A DNA stretch of 64,000 nt from Eledone cirrhosa (lineage: Eukaryota), in contig OZ024747.1 of the NCBI GenBank assembly GCA_964016885.1, positions 45,384,001-45,448,000 on the forward strand. Direction: 5' to 3'. Shown here piece after piece: positions 54,244 to 64,000 of this stretch. The position numbers and the translations under genes are program-made. The notes under the pieces are model-generated. The model was not told the DNA's origin, searched no databases, and saw nothing but the letters and a program-made list of their open reading frames with translations. The stretch's first letter is position 1. Every line of letters begins with the position of its first letter.

Positions 54244-54551
54244 AGAAAACGAAAAATCAGTGATACATCTGGACTTAATTTATTGCGTGTTACAATTGTT
54301 TCTGCGGCAGGTAGCTCGAGACTTGGCTGATTCTACTTCTGCAGGTTCATTCAGACACGAGTATTTCGTTAGGAGCAAATTTTATCACAGTGATAAAATT
54401 TGCTCCTAACGAAATACTCGTGTCTGAATGAACCTGCAGAAGAAGAATCAGCCGGATCCATACAAGGACCACGTCTCGAGCTACCTGCCGGAGAAACAAT
54501 TGTAACACGCAATAAATTAAGTCCAGATGCATCACTGATTTTTCGTTTTCT
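54244..54551. repeat. Palindrome of about 300 bp (centre 54389) of a pLTR-like element with a hammerhead-like motif
   Basis: Arms are near-perfect apart from an indel of about 18 bp; CGTGT-CTGAATGA...GAAA-CAATTG-TA-ACACG followed by AATAAA. Confidence 0.85.
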
Positions 54552-54569
54552 ATATAATATATATATATA

Positions 54570-55948
54570 TATATCATAAATCATGTCCTTAGAATTATTA
54601 GATAGAATATATACCATTTCCTCTCCCAATTAGCATAATTAACCATATGGAAAATCAATTAGACCAGGCTATAAGAATAAAGGCTCCTATGAAGAAATAT
54701 TTGATAAATAACCGAAAGCGGCCTCTTCGCGGTGACCCCAATAGAGTATTTATCCAACATTTCAACAGCATATAGAAACTGACTAGATATACCGTCAACC
54801 ATACACAATTAGGTGTAAATTTAAACTTAGAAGAAACGTGTACATACCGTAATTACATCTCCACCATGGTTTCGCCCGTATTTTTAGATATCCTATTGTT
54901 AGGATAAACCCAGAGTAACAGACTCTTCAGGAGACAAACTCAAGATTGGACAGTTAATTTTCCAAAGCGATCGCGCCAAAAATAGATTTTAAAATGGCTA
55001 AGAATCGTGGCGTGGCAGTGGTCAAGTTAGAAAGAATGTGATTAGTTGCTTACGGCGGGTTTTATCAAGTATTTCTTCATAGGAGCCTTTATTCTTATAG
55101 CATGGTCTAATTTATTTTTTATATGGTTAATTATGCTAATTGGGAGAGGAAATGGGATATATTTGATCTAATAATTCTAAGGACATGATTTATGATATAT
55201 TGCTCTGATTATTCAATTTATTAATTCTTCATTGAACCACAACGTGACCGGTTGCCACATATATATCTATGACTTTATGTATATGTAAATCTTTATATTT
55301 AATAATCTCCCGTTGGGTTGAGATACAATTGGGCGATATTGGGCTACGCTTTCTAGCAACCAGCCTACTCGCCGTAAGCAACTAATCACATTCTTTCTAA
55401 CTTGACCACTGCCACGTCACGATTCTTAGCCAGTTTTTAATCTATTTTTGGCGCGATCGCTTTGGAAAATTAACTGTCCAATCTTGAGTTTGTCTCCTGA
55501 AGAGTCTGTTACTCTGGGTTTATCCTAACAATAGGATATCTAAAAATACGGACGAAACCATGGTGCAGATATAATTACGGTATGTACACGTTTCTTCTAA
55601 GTTTAAATTTACACCTAATTGTGTATGGTTGACGGTATATCTAGTCAGTTTCTACATGCTGTTGAAATGTTGGATAAATACTCTATTGGGGTCACCGCGA
55701 AGAGGCCGCTTTCAGTTATTTATCAAATATTTCTTCATAGGAGCCTTTATTCTTATAGCCTGGTCTAATTGATTTTCCATATGGTTAATTATGCTAATTG
55801 GGAGAGGAAATGGTATAGATTTTATCTAATAATTCTAAGGACATGATTTATGATATATTGCTCTGATTATTCAATTTATTAATTCTTCATTGAGCCACAA
55901 CGTGACCGGTTGCCACATATATATCTATGACTTTATGTATATGTAAAT

Positions 55949-55953
<5 letters not shown>
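54570..55953 (+). mobile_element. Retrozyme-like element: 658-bp unit, about 1.35 tandem copies plus an inverted 5' arm of about 490 bp
   Basis: 55061-55298 repeats from 55719; 54570-55060 is the reverse complement of about 55367-55856; HHR in both orientations; (TA)n on both sides. Confidence 0.88.
55493..55569 (+). ncRNA. Type I hammerhead-like motif with a GUG triplet (mirror copy at 54858-54934, minus)
   Basis: TCTC-CTGAAGA-GTCTGT...ACGGAC-GAAA-CCATGG-TG-(C/G)AGA; palindromic stem III ACCATGGT; internal hairpin TATCCTA/TAGGATA in stem II. Confidence 0.7.
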
Positions 55954-56013
<60 letters not shown>

Positions 56014-57131
56014 GATAGATAAATAGGTAGACAAACAGAACAGGATTTTACCAGTTTTAAACTAGTAAGGGCATTATTCAGCTGTGCTCATTACTTGGGA
56101 TAGTAGTGTGTAACTCTATTAGAGAGGATCGTGGCCTGATGGCTGAACTCTTGCTGTTTCGAATATGTATATAGTTAAATGACAAGATATATGAATTTGA
56201 ATATCTTCATTTATCGTTCCACAATTGCATAATACATATTTCTATAGCTACCTTAAATCATCAGACCATGACGCCTGAGAAGTGGCACTGTCATCAGATT
56301 TAATGAACATAAAAGATTCAGTCTAGTAATCTCTACAGGGCTACAGCAAAATATAAACCAAAAATTGACATACAGGTGGCCTGGCTTGTGATTCCATCAC
56401 TTCAACGGACAGCTTCCGTAACGAACAGTACAGAGGAAAATAATATGAATGAAATTCAGATGGAAGCAATTAAACAAAATATTGTATACGAGCACAGCAT
56501 CTAATTTTTTTAACCATATTTTGTCATCTGCATATATGTATGTACATATGTTTATAAAAATGTAACACAGTGCAACAAATCAGAATATACCTGCAAAATA
56601 AACCATGAAGAGGACTTTTTAGTTCTTTCAAATATATGGTAACCTTTATACTGTTGTTAATTGACATGATAAATGCACCCAGTACACTCTGTAACGTGAT
56701 TGGTAATAGGAAGAGTATACAGTCATAGAAAACATGTTAAACAAAGAGTTTGCAGGATTCTTCAACAGTATGAAAGACATTAAAAGCACTATAGTGCCAA
56801 GATAAAATGTACTCAATAGATGCAGTAATATATGTGAGACAATGGTAAGTAGCTTTGCTTGAATATTGAATCCGTAACAACTTATCCAACCCTTACTAGC
56901 AAGGAAAACAGATTTTATATGTTGATGTATGGATGTCTTAGCTATAAAGTAATGCCTTCACCACATATGCTGAGTACACACATGCATTCTGATGTGAAGA
57001 AATGCAGTTTCGTTTGTAATATTTTCCAAAAGACACCCAAATCTGGAGAGCTACCATTATAGCTACCATTTCACCCTTCAGTGTGACCTCATATCATATT
57101 TTCCTTTCCACATTCCATTTTTTTTCACTTA

Positions 57132-57612
57132 GTGTTGATGAAACATGGAACAAACTACATGCATCAGTTGTTAGCTGCCGGGACACTGCATCCTTTAAAA
57201 CTTCCATGCTTCCTGAAATTCGCCAACACTACACCTGATATTCCCCCTCCATACTCACACATGAATCATACACTTCACTTTCTTGACATTTGTACATTGT
57301 TCTATGACATTTGTACATTATTCTATACACCAGGGCGGTGGATTGGCAGTATCGGTAGAGGGTCGGACGCCATGCTTTCCAGCATAGTTACGTCCCTTTA
57401 CGATCTGAGTTCAAATCCCGCCGAGGTTGACTTTGCCTTTCATCCTTACGGGGTCGATAAAATAAAGTACCAGTAATGTACTGGATAATTGCTGGCCTTG
57501 TGCCTAAAGTAGAAACAATTATTCTATGTACTATATAGGCACCTTTGATGAGATGTAGTGCACCTGAGTACTATACACAATAATTTCATTGAAACCATTA
57601 TTATTATTATTA
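57132..57612 (+). mobile_element. CR1-clade LINE 3' end with (ATT)n tail, interrupted by a SINE
   Basis: Homologous to 7868-8200 (WNKL.ASVVSC..TASFKTSMLPEI). Confidence 0.8.
57333..57520 (+). mobile_element. tRNA-derived SINE nested in the CR1 3'UTR
   Basis: Full consensus; ATTATTCTAT duplicated at 57317-57326 and 57518-57527. Confidence 0.92.
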
Positions 57613-57614
57613 TA

Positions 57615-58634
57615 TCCCCAGCTCGTCTCTTTGATGGAGCTGCAGTCCTGGGTCAAGCGAAGACCAAGAGGGAGCTCTTGAAAACTGGAATGTCTTCAGG
57701 TGCTCACGGCCCTCGACCAGGCGGGCAATGTGATCGGTGGAAACTACACCTTGGCGTTCTATAGAGGATTAGTGGAGGGGAAGAGCGATGACGTACTTGG
57801 AGAAATTCTAGGCATCGACGAAAATCAACTAGCCAATCTCTTCGGAAGAACTTTCGGGCCGGGGACTATGGACAATTTCCAGAAATCCCTGGCCTGGAAG
57901 TGCTACCGAGGAGCTTTGCCAGTTTGGGATAAACTCTACAAGCACGGAAGTGCCGTCAGCCGGGCATGTCCGAGATGCGCGTAGGACGACGAAACTGTAC
58001 TGCATGCACTCGTCCAGTGTCCGAGCATTGCTGACTTGTAGGTTTATATCGAATACCTGCTGTCACGTGTAGAACGGCTCCGGCTATCAGCTGAGTCCAT
58101 CGTGAGGATTGCCCCGCCCTCTTCCTTTAGCCGGTAAGGGCAGGCAGTTTTTATATGTCTGGTGGCCATGGTGAAAGCGATAGTATGGTGGACGCGTCTG
58201 AAAGAGCGGAAGACGAGCACTTACCTCTTCGGTGATGCCCTGATTAACTTTTTCAAATTTCATTTGAAAAGAAAAATCAGGGTAGAGAGGGAAGTGCTCT
58301 CTTCCCAGCATTTTGTTCAAAGATGGGTGAGAGAAGCAAGAATGGCATGAGTGAATGGGCCTACTCTGAGTATATGCCTGTAAACTGAAGGTGGAAAACT
58401 GGGAGAGGGCACTTGCCCTGGTGATCAGAGTCACCGTGGCTTTTTTAATGGGCTTTCTCCACAAATGTCCCTCGGAAATCTCCCCCCCCTATTGGGGAAT
58501 ATTTCATTGTTATTTTTTTTATTACATCCTCTGTTTTTTTTACACGCAGAGATGCCCATTTGTACCGTCCTGTATTGTCCTGTACTGTCCTTAATGTCTA
58601 CTTTATGTAAACCCTTGTGGTTAATAAAGAAAGC
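57615..58634 (+). mobile_element. 5'-truncated L1/Tx1-clade LINE (zf-RVT C-terminus and 3'UTR) in (ATT)n
   Basis: AWKCYRGALPV..KL..CPRC..ETVLHALVQCP motif with in-frame stops; AATAAA before the (ATT)n. Confidence 0.82.
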
Positions 58635-58661
58635 ATTATATTATTATTATTATTATTATTT

Positions 58662-58850
58662 GCGCGGTGGATTGGCAGTATCGGTAGAGGGTCGGACGCC
58701 ATGCTTTCCAGCATAGTTACGTCCCTTTACGATCTGAGTTCAAATCCCGCCGAGGTTGACTTTGCCTTTCATCCTTACGGGATCGATAAAATAAAGTACC
58801 AGTAATGCACTGGATAATAGCTGGCCTTGTGCCTAAAGTAGAAACAATTA
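58662..58850 (+). mobile_element. tRNA-derived SINE in (ATT)n
   Basis: Full consensus; (ATT)nTG duplicated on both sides. Confidence 0.92.
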
Positions 58851-59114
58851 TTATTATTATTATTTGTTACTGCCTTTTATGAGTGGTTGATGACACAAAG
58901 CCCTTTTTAATGAGGGTGTCAAGATAAAATACACCTACTACACACTGTCGTTTGATTGTCATTAGGAACGGCATTCACAGTCAAAATCATGCCTAAAACT
59001 GGAGTGAATGAACAAGATGTGTCTCCCCAAATTGTCTAGTCACGGATCATGGCAACGTATTTAATCCATGCTGGTATGGAAAATTGATGTAAAATAATGA
59101 TCACGATGATTATG

Positions 59115-59145
<31 letters not shown>

Positions 59146-59435
59146 GTATAAATATATACACACACACACACACATATACATGTATGTGTGTGTGTGTGTA
59201 TATATTTATACCCAACACAACACACGCACGCACACATATATGCATGTATATGCAGACAAACACACACATATATATATATATATAGTAATAATAATAAATT
59301 TGAAGACTAAAATCCAAAGAGGGCTCGATAAGGATAAATATATATCAAATATATAAGAACTTAGTTTCAGAAGATCCCGTTAAGGGTGAAAGCAGCGATT
59401 CTTTGCTTAAACTTTAATCTGTTATTTTAATAAAT

Positions 59436-59501
<66 letters not shown>

Positions 59502-59505
59502 CACA

Positions 59506-60077
59506 TATTGTTATACTTGGGGAGTGTCATATCGTTGTAATAATATTGCCAGAAATAATAACGGAACACACTCACTGTTTTGGTTGGTTTTCGCTTCTGT
59601 ATCTTTTATATCTCCATAGTTAATTCATTTAGCCATCAATGTTTATCACTGACTGACCAACGGTCAAAAATACAGATATAAATACATATATATAGTCTAA
59701 AAAAGTTCTTTCGTTGCACATCTGCTACATCATCAGTAGTACTATTATGTTTCCTCCTGTTGTATTGTATGTCTACGTAGACATACAATACAACAATAAT
59801 AGAACCACTGATGATGTTGCAGACGTCCAACAAAAGAACTTTGTTAGACTATATATGTATTTATATCTGTACTTTTGACCGTTGGTCAGTCAGTGATAAA
59901 CATTGATGGCCAAATAAATTAACTGTGGAGATATAAAAGATACAGAAGAGAAAACCAACCAAAACAGTGAGTGTGTTCCGTTATTATTTCTGGCAATATT
60001 ATTACAACGATATGACCCTCCCCAAGTATAAAAAGACTTGTTTCGACACACGATTTCATATAAAAACCTTGCAAAAC
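59506..60077. mobile_element. Head-to-head inverted pair of Penelope pseudo-LTRs (solo, non-coding)
   Basis: Palindrome centred at 59776/59777 (GTCTAC|GTAGAC); both arms match the 28600-28876 pLTR, including CTGA(T/C)GA-TGTTGCA..-GAAA. Confidence 0.88.
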
Positions 60078-60325
60078 AAATATATATATATACACACATA
60101 TCCATATAATCTCTCTCTCTATATATATATATATTTAGGATAAGAAGGTATCATTTAAGGTAATCCAGCTAGCGGTTGTGAGTACACAGTGTTGAGCATA
60201 GTTTTAACGTACGGCATTGTTTGACTCAACCATTTAACTCACCTGATTAATGAAACAATTGTTAATACTGTAAATAAACCCTTTTTGTACAGCCGACCAT
60301 GTTATTATTCATTCTTTTACTATAA

Positions 60326-60560
60326 GGTGGTCGTGGAAGTGCCACGGCAAAAAAGCACCCAGCCCACACTGTAAAGTGGACGTGTAGGCGCCACGAAAAA
60401 GCACCCAGCACTCACTGTAGAAATCAAGCTGTAGAAATCAAGCTAAATCAGTTCCTGTATGAGCAAGGCATGGTCAGCCGACCAGACACTGCCCACAACA
60501 GGACAACCCGTCTAACCCATGCTAGCGTGGAAGAACGGACGTAAAACGGTGATGATGATG

Positions 60561-60561
<1 letters not shown>
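60326..60561 (+). mobile_element. RTE-type 3' end with (GAT)n tail
   Basis: Its 3' part is nearly identical to 62271-62429. Confidence 0.78.
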
Positions 60562-60615
<54 letters not shown>

Positions 60616-61414
60616 TGTGTGTGTATATATATACATGTATATATGTAGGCATACATATATTGCTTGAAAGCGTGGAAATTGGACGTTAAACAATGAAGAT
60701 GGTGATGTACTCTTGCTATTTGCATATAATTTCATAAGAGATATAGGTCTTTTATAGGATATTTGTGTCTTGATATTAATAAGAAAAGATAATTTTTTGT
60801 TAAAAATGCATTCCAATATTTGTTAGATTAAAAAGATATCTAATTTTGCGAAAAATTAAATTAAATAGCAGAAACTAAAAACTGGAAAAAAATTAAATAA
60901 ATCCATTAAGAACAAGGCAATCAATATAACTTATGAATGCAAATTTTATCATGTGTACACCTATACGTTATTACATAGATTTACATCTATCTATGTATGC
61001 ATATTTTACAACACATATATAATAACACATACTTTAATAAAAGATACATATCATGTATATTTCATGTAAATGCAAATATAGCTGTGTGTATGTGTTCATG
61101 TGTCTAATTTGTATCTGTGTATGTGTATATGTGCAACTGTTTCTATTTGCATGGGTGTATAAGTACGTGTTTGTGTGTTAACATGTTTATGATTTGTAGG
61201 AATTGTCAGTATTTTAAATCAAATGATATTCCAGTCATATTTGACTTACAATCAGAATCTGACAACATAAACTATTTTTGTTATTGTTGAAATATTTATA
61301 TTTAATTTCCATCTTTAACTCCTTGTTAAATTTACACTGTTTTCTAAACTACACACACACACACATACACACATATATATATATACATAGATAGATATGT
61401 CTGTGTATGTATAC

Positions 61415-61525
<111 letters not shown>

Positions 61526-61584
61526 CATACATATATATACATATATATACATATATGTATATATATATATGTATATATATATAT

Positions 61585-61661
<77 letters not shown>

Positions 61662-61670
61662 AATATATGT

Positions 61671-61725
<55 letters not shown>

Positions 61726-61730
61726 TATGT

Positions 61731-61796
<66 letters not shown>

Positions 61797-62113
61797 TTAT
61801 ATAGATATATATATATACGGACAATAGCATTTGAAGTTGTATTTTATTAATTTTTATTTTTATTAAACACAATTTCACGTTCTCTCTCTTTCTTTTATTT
61901 TCCTCTTCCTTCTTTATTTCATTTTATCTTTTAATGGCATTAGAATATATTATTTTAGTCTATATAATTCAAACATAAAAAGCAATTATTTTAAGTTAAC
62001 AAAAATTATCTTCAAATGATTTTGTGAAAGAAAACTTGCATAAAATTTGCTATGAAAAAACGACAAAATTAAAAAAAAGTCATGTGAGATGTTCACCATT
62101 CCAGTTTAATTAG

Positions 62114-62181
<68 letters not shown>

Positions 62182-62270
62182 TACGCACACACACACACAC
62201 ATGCGTGCACACACACATGTGCACACGCATACATACACACACCAATATATAAATATATACATATATATAT

Positions 62271-62429
62271 GGTGTTAGGAAGGGCATCCAGCTGTAGAAA
62301 TCAAGCCAAAATCAGTTCCTGTATGAGCAAGGCATGGTCAGCCGACCAGGCACTGCCCACAACAGGACAACCCGTCTAACCCATGCTAGCATGGAAGAAC
62401 GGACGTAAAACGGTGATGATGATGATGAT
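62271..62429 (+). mobile_element. RTE-type 3' end with (GAT)n tail
   Basis: GGTGTTAGGAAGGGCATCCAGCTGTAG...GGACGTAAAACGGTGATGATG. Confidence 0.8.
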
Positions 62430-62489
62430 ATATTTATATATATATATATACACTGTATATGGGTGTGTGCATATATATATATATGTGGG

Positions 62490-62522
<33 letters not shown>

Positions 62523-62527
62523 GTTGG

Positions 62528-62561
<34 letters not shown>

Positions 62562-63284
62562 TATGTGGGTGTGTGTATATATACATATAAATATACCAGT
62601 TTGTGAATACCTGTTTCATATGTTAATAAAAAAGGAAAATACACTAGTATACATACGTTATACATCGTTTATGAAAGTCCTTCGCAATTATTATGTTACA
62701 GATATGTAAAGGTCTTTATAATTTTGTCAGTTAACCAAAATACCAAAGACGAGTGCTACATGTATTTGTCCACTGAAAATTAGTCCCAGATTGTGCCCTA
62801 ATTGTGTTGATCAGTGATGAAATGTTTCCTATCCATGACCAACTCCCGTATTTATTATATCAAAAACAAAATTGTTGAAAGTGTTCTTTGTTTTTTAAGA
62901 CATTATAGAGTGATTTAAGTTTCTCTCGTTAGCGTAGATTACAGTTTCTCTCATTGGCATAAACATTATTTATTTTGATTAGACGTAAAGTTAGATGAGT
63001 TGTTAATATTATCAGATAGGTCTGGTAACTCATAGTCTATATAGAATCACATAGGTAAAATTATAATGCATATATTAAGTTACAATTAATACAATCTAAA
63101 ATTAAAAAATAATGATATATTGCTCAGATTTGTGAGTTTAACTTTGATTAAAATAGTTGAAATGTTTTCTGTAAAGTTCATCTAGTTAATATTCTTAAGA
63201 ATTTAATCAATATAAATTACTTTATGAGATACTTTCAACCTCAAAGAATAAATAGTAGCCTAGTTGATACAAAACAATTTCTTT

Positions 63285-63570
63285 TGGTAGGATTGAGAGA
63301 TCACAGCTCCAATACTATAGGCATGTGGTTAGAATGTCTCAGGAAAGAATCACTGGACAAATTCTATGGGCTAAACCAACCGACAGGAGACCCAGAGTTA
63401 AACCCCAAGCAAGATGGTTGGATAACATCCATGAGCTTGGCTGGTCTTGCTTGGGGATCCAGCTGGACCAGTTGGAAATGGTTGCTTATGACAAGGCTCA
63501 CTGAATGGAGTGTTTGAGGATTCTGTCCCGACAACCCTCTCAGAAATAAGTGGGCAAGGAAGAAGTAAGA
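63285..63570 (+). mobile_element. Degenerate RTE-clade LINE C-terminal fragment
   Basis: Translates to IERSQLQYYRHVVRMSQERITGQILWAKPTDRRPRVKPQARWLDNI. Confidence 0.7.
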
Positions 63571-64000
63571 GAGAAAAGAAAAAGGTTTTGCTGGCCCAGT
63601 TGAAATTGTATATAATCACTTTTAACTGAATACCATATGCGATCAGGCCACAGAATTCTTTTTTTATCTGCCTATTGTAGAGAAGTAGCACTGAAACAAA
63701 GTTTTGTCCCTGCAGAGAATTGTATGACTCTGAGGTGATACAAATCATATTTCTGTAATGTGATTTATTGGACCTTCATTTTCGTTAGGTGTGGGCGGGT
63801 GTGTATGTGTTTATGTGTGTAATCGCGTGTGTGCATGTGTCCTATATTTATTATTAGTAGTAACTGTTTTTTTATTTTAAGTTTCACCAAAACTACCAAC
63901 TTTTCAAAACAATTTTCTATGAATTTGAGCTGATTTATTCAATACATATCTGCAAAAGTTTATCTAGTAAATGAACGTGCAATACACGTTCTTCAATCTC

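Overview
AT-rich, repeat-dense eukaryotic DNA, probably intronic or intergenic. The repeat content and the very long (TA)n/(CA)n tracts suggest a coleoid cephalopod such as Octopus (inference). I could not support any host protein-coding exon. Most ORFs in the track are microsatellite artefacts (IYIY, THTH). The real coding remnants are all retroelements: a near full-length but broken RTE LINE with a PHD finger inside its RT region (23042-27255, minus), two 5'-truncated R4/Dong-type restriction-like-endonuclease (RLE) elements in (TAA)n, a truncated Penelope-like element (PLE) with a GIY-YIG endonuclease, an L1/Tx1 3' end, CR1 3' ends and older RTE fragments. There are also many tRNA-derived SINEs, a non-autonomous Helitron and a piggyBac-type MITE. 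The main observation is a dense set of about ten short non-coding elements that look unrelated in sequence. Most lie in or beside (TA)n tracts, each carries a type I hammerhead ribozyme (HHR) motif (some with non-canonical cores), and most are built as partial tandem repeats (about 465-660 bp units) and/or fold-back palindromes. This looks like a radiation of retrozyme-like, Penelope-dependent elements. All folds and alignments were read by eye, and element boundaries are approximate.
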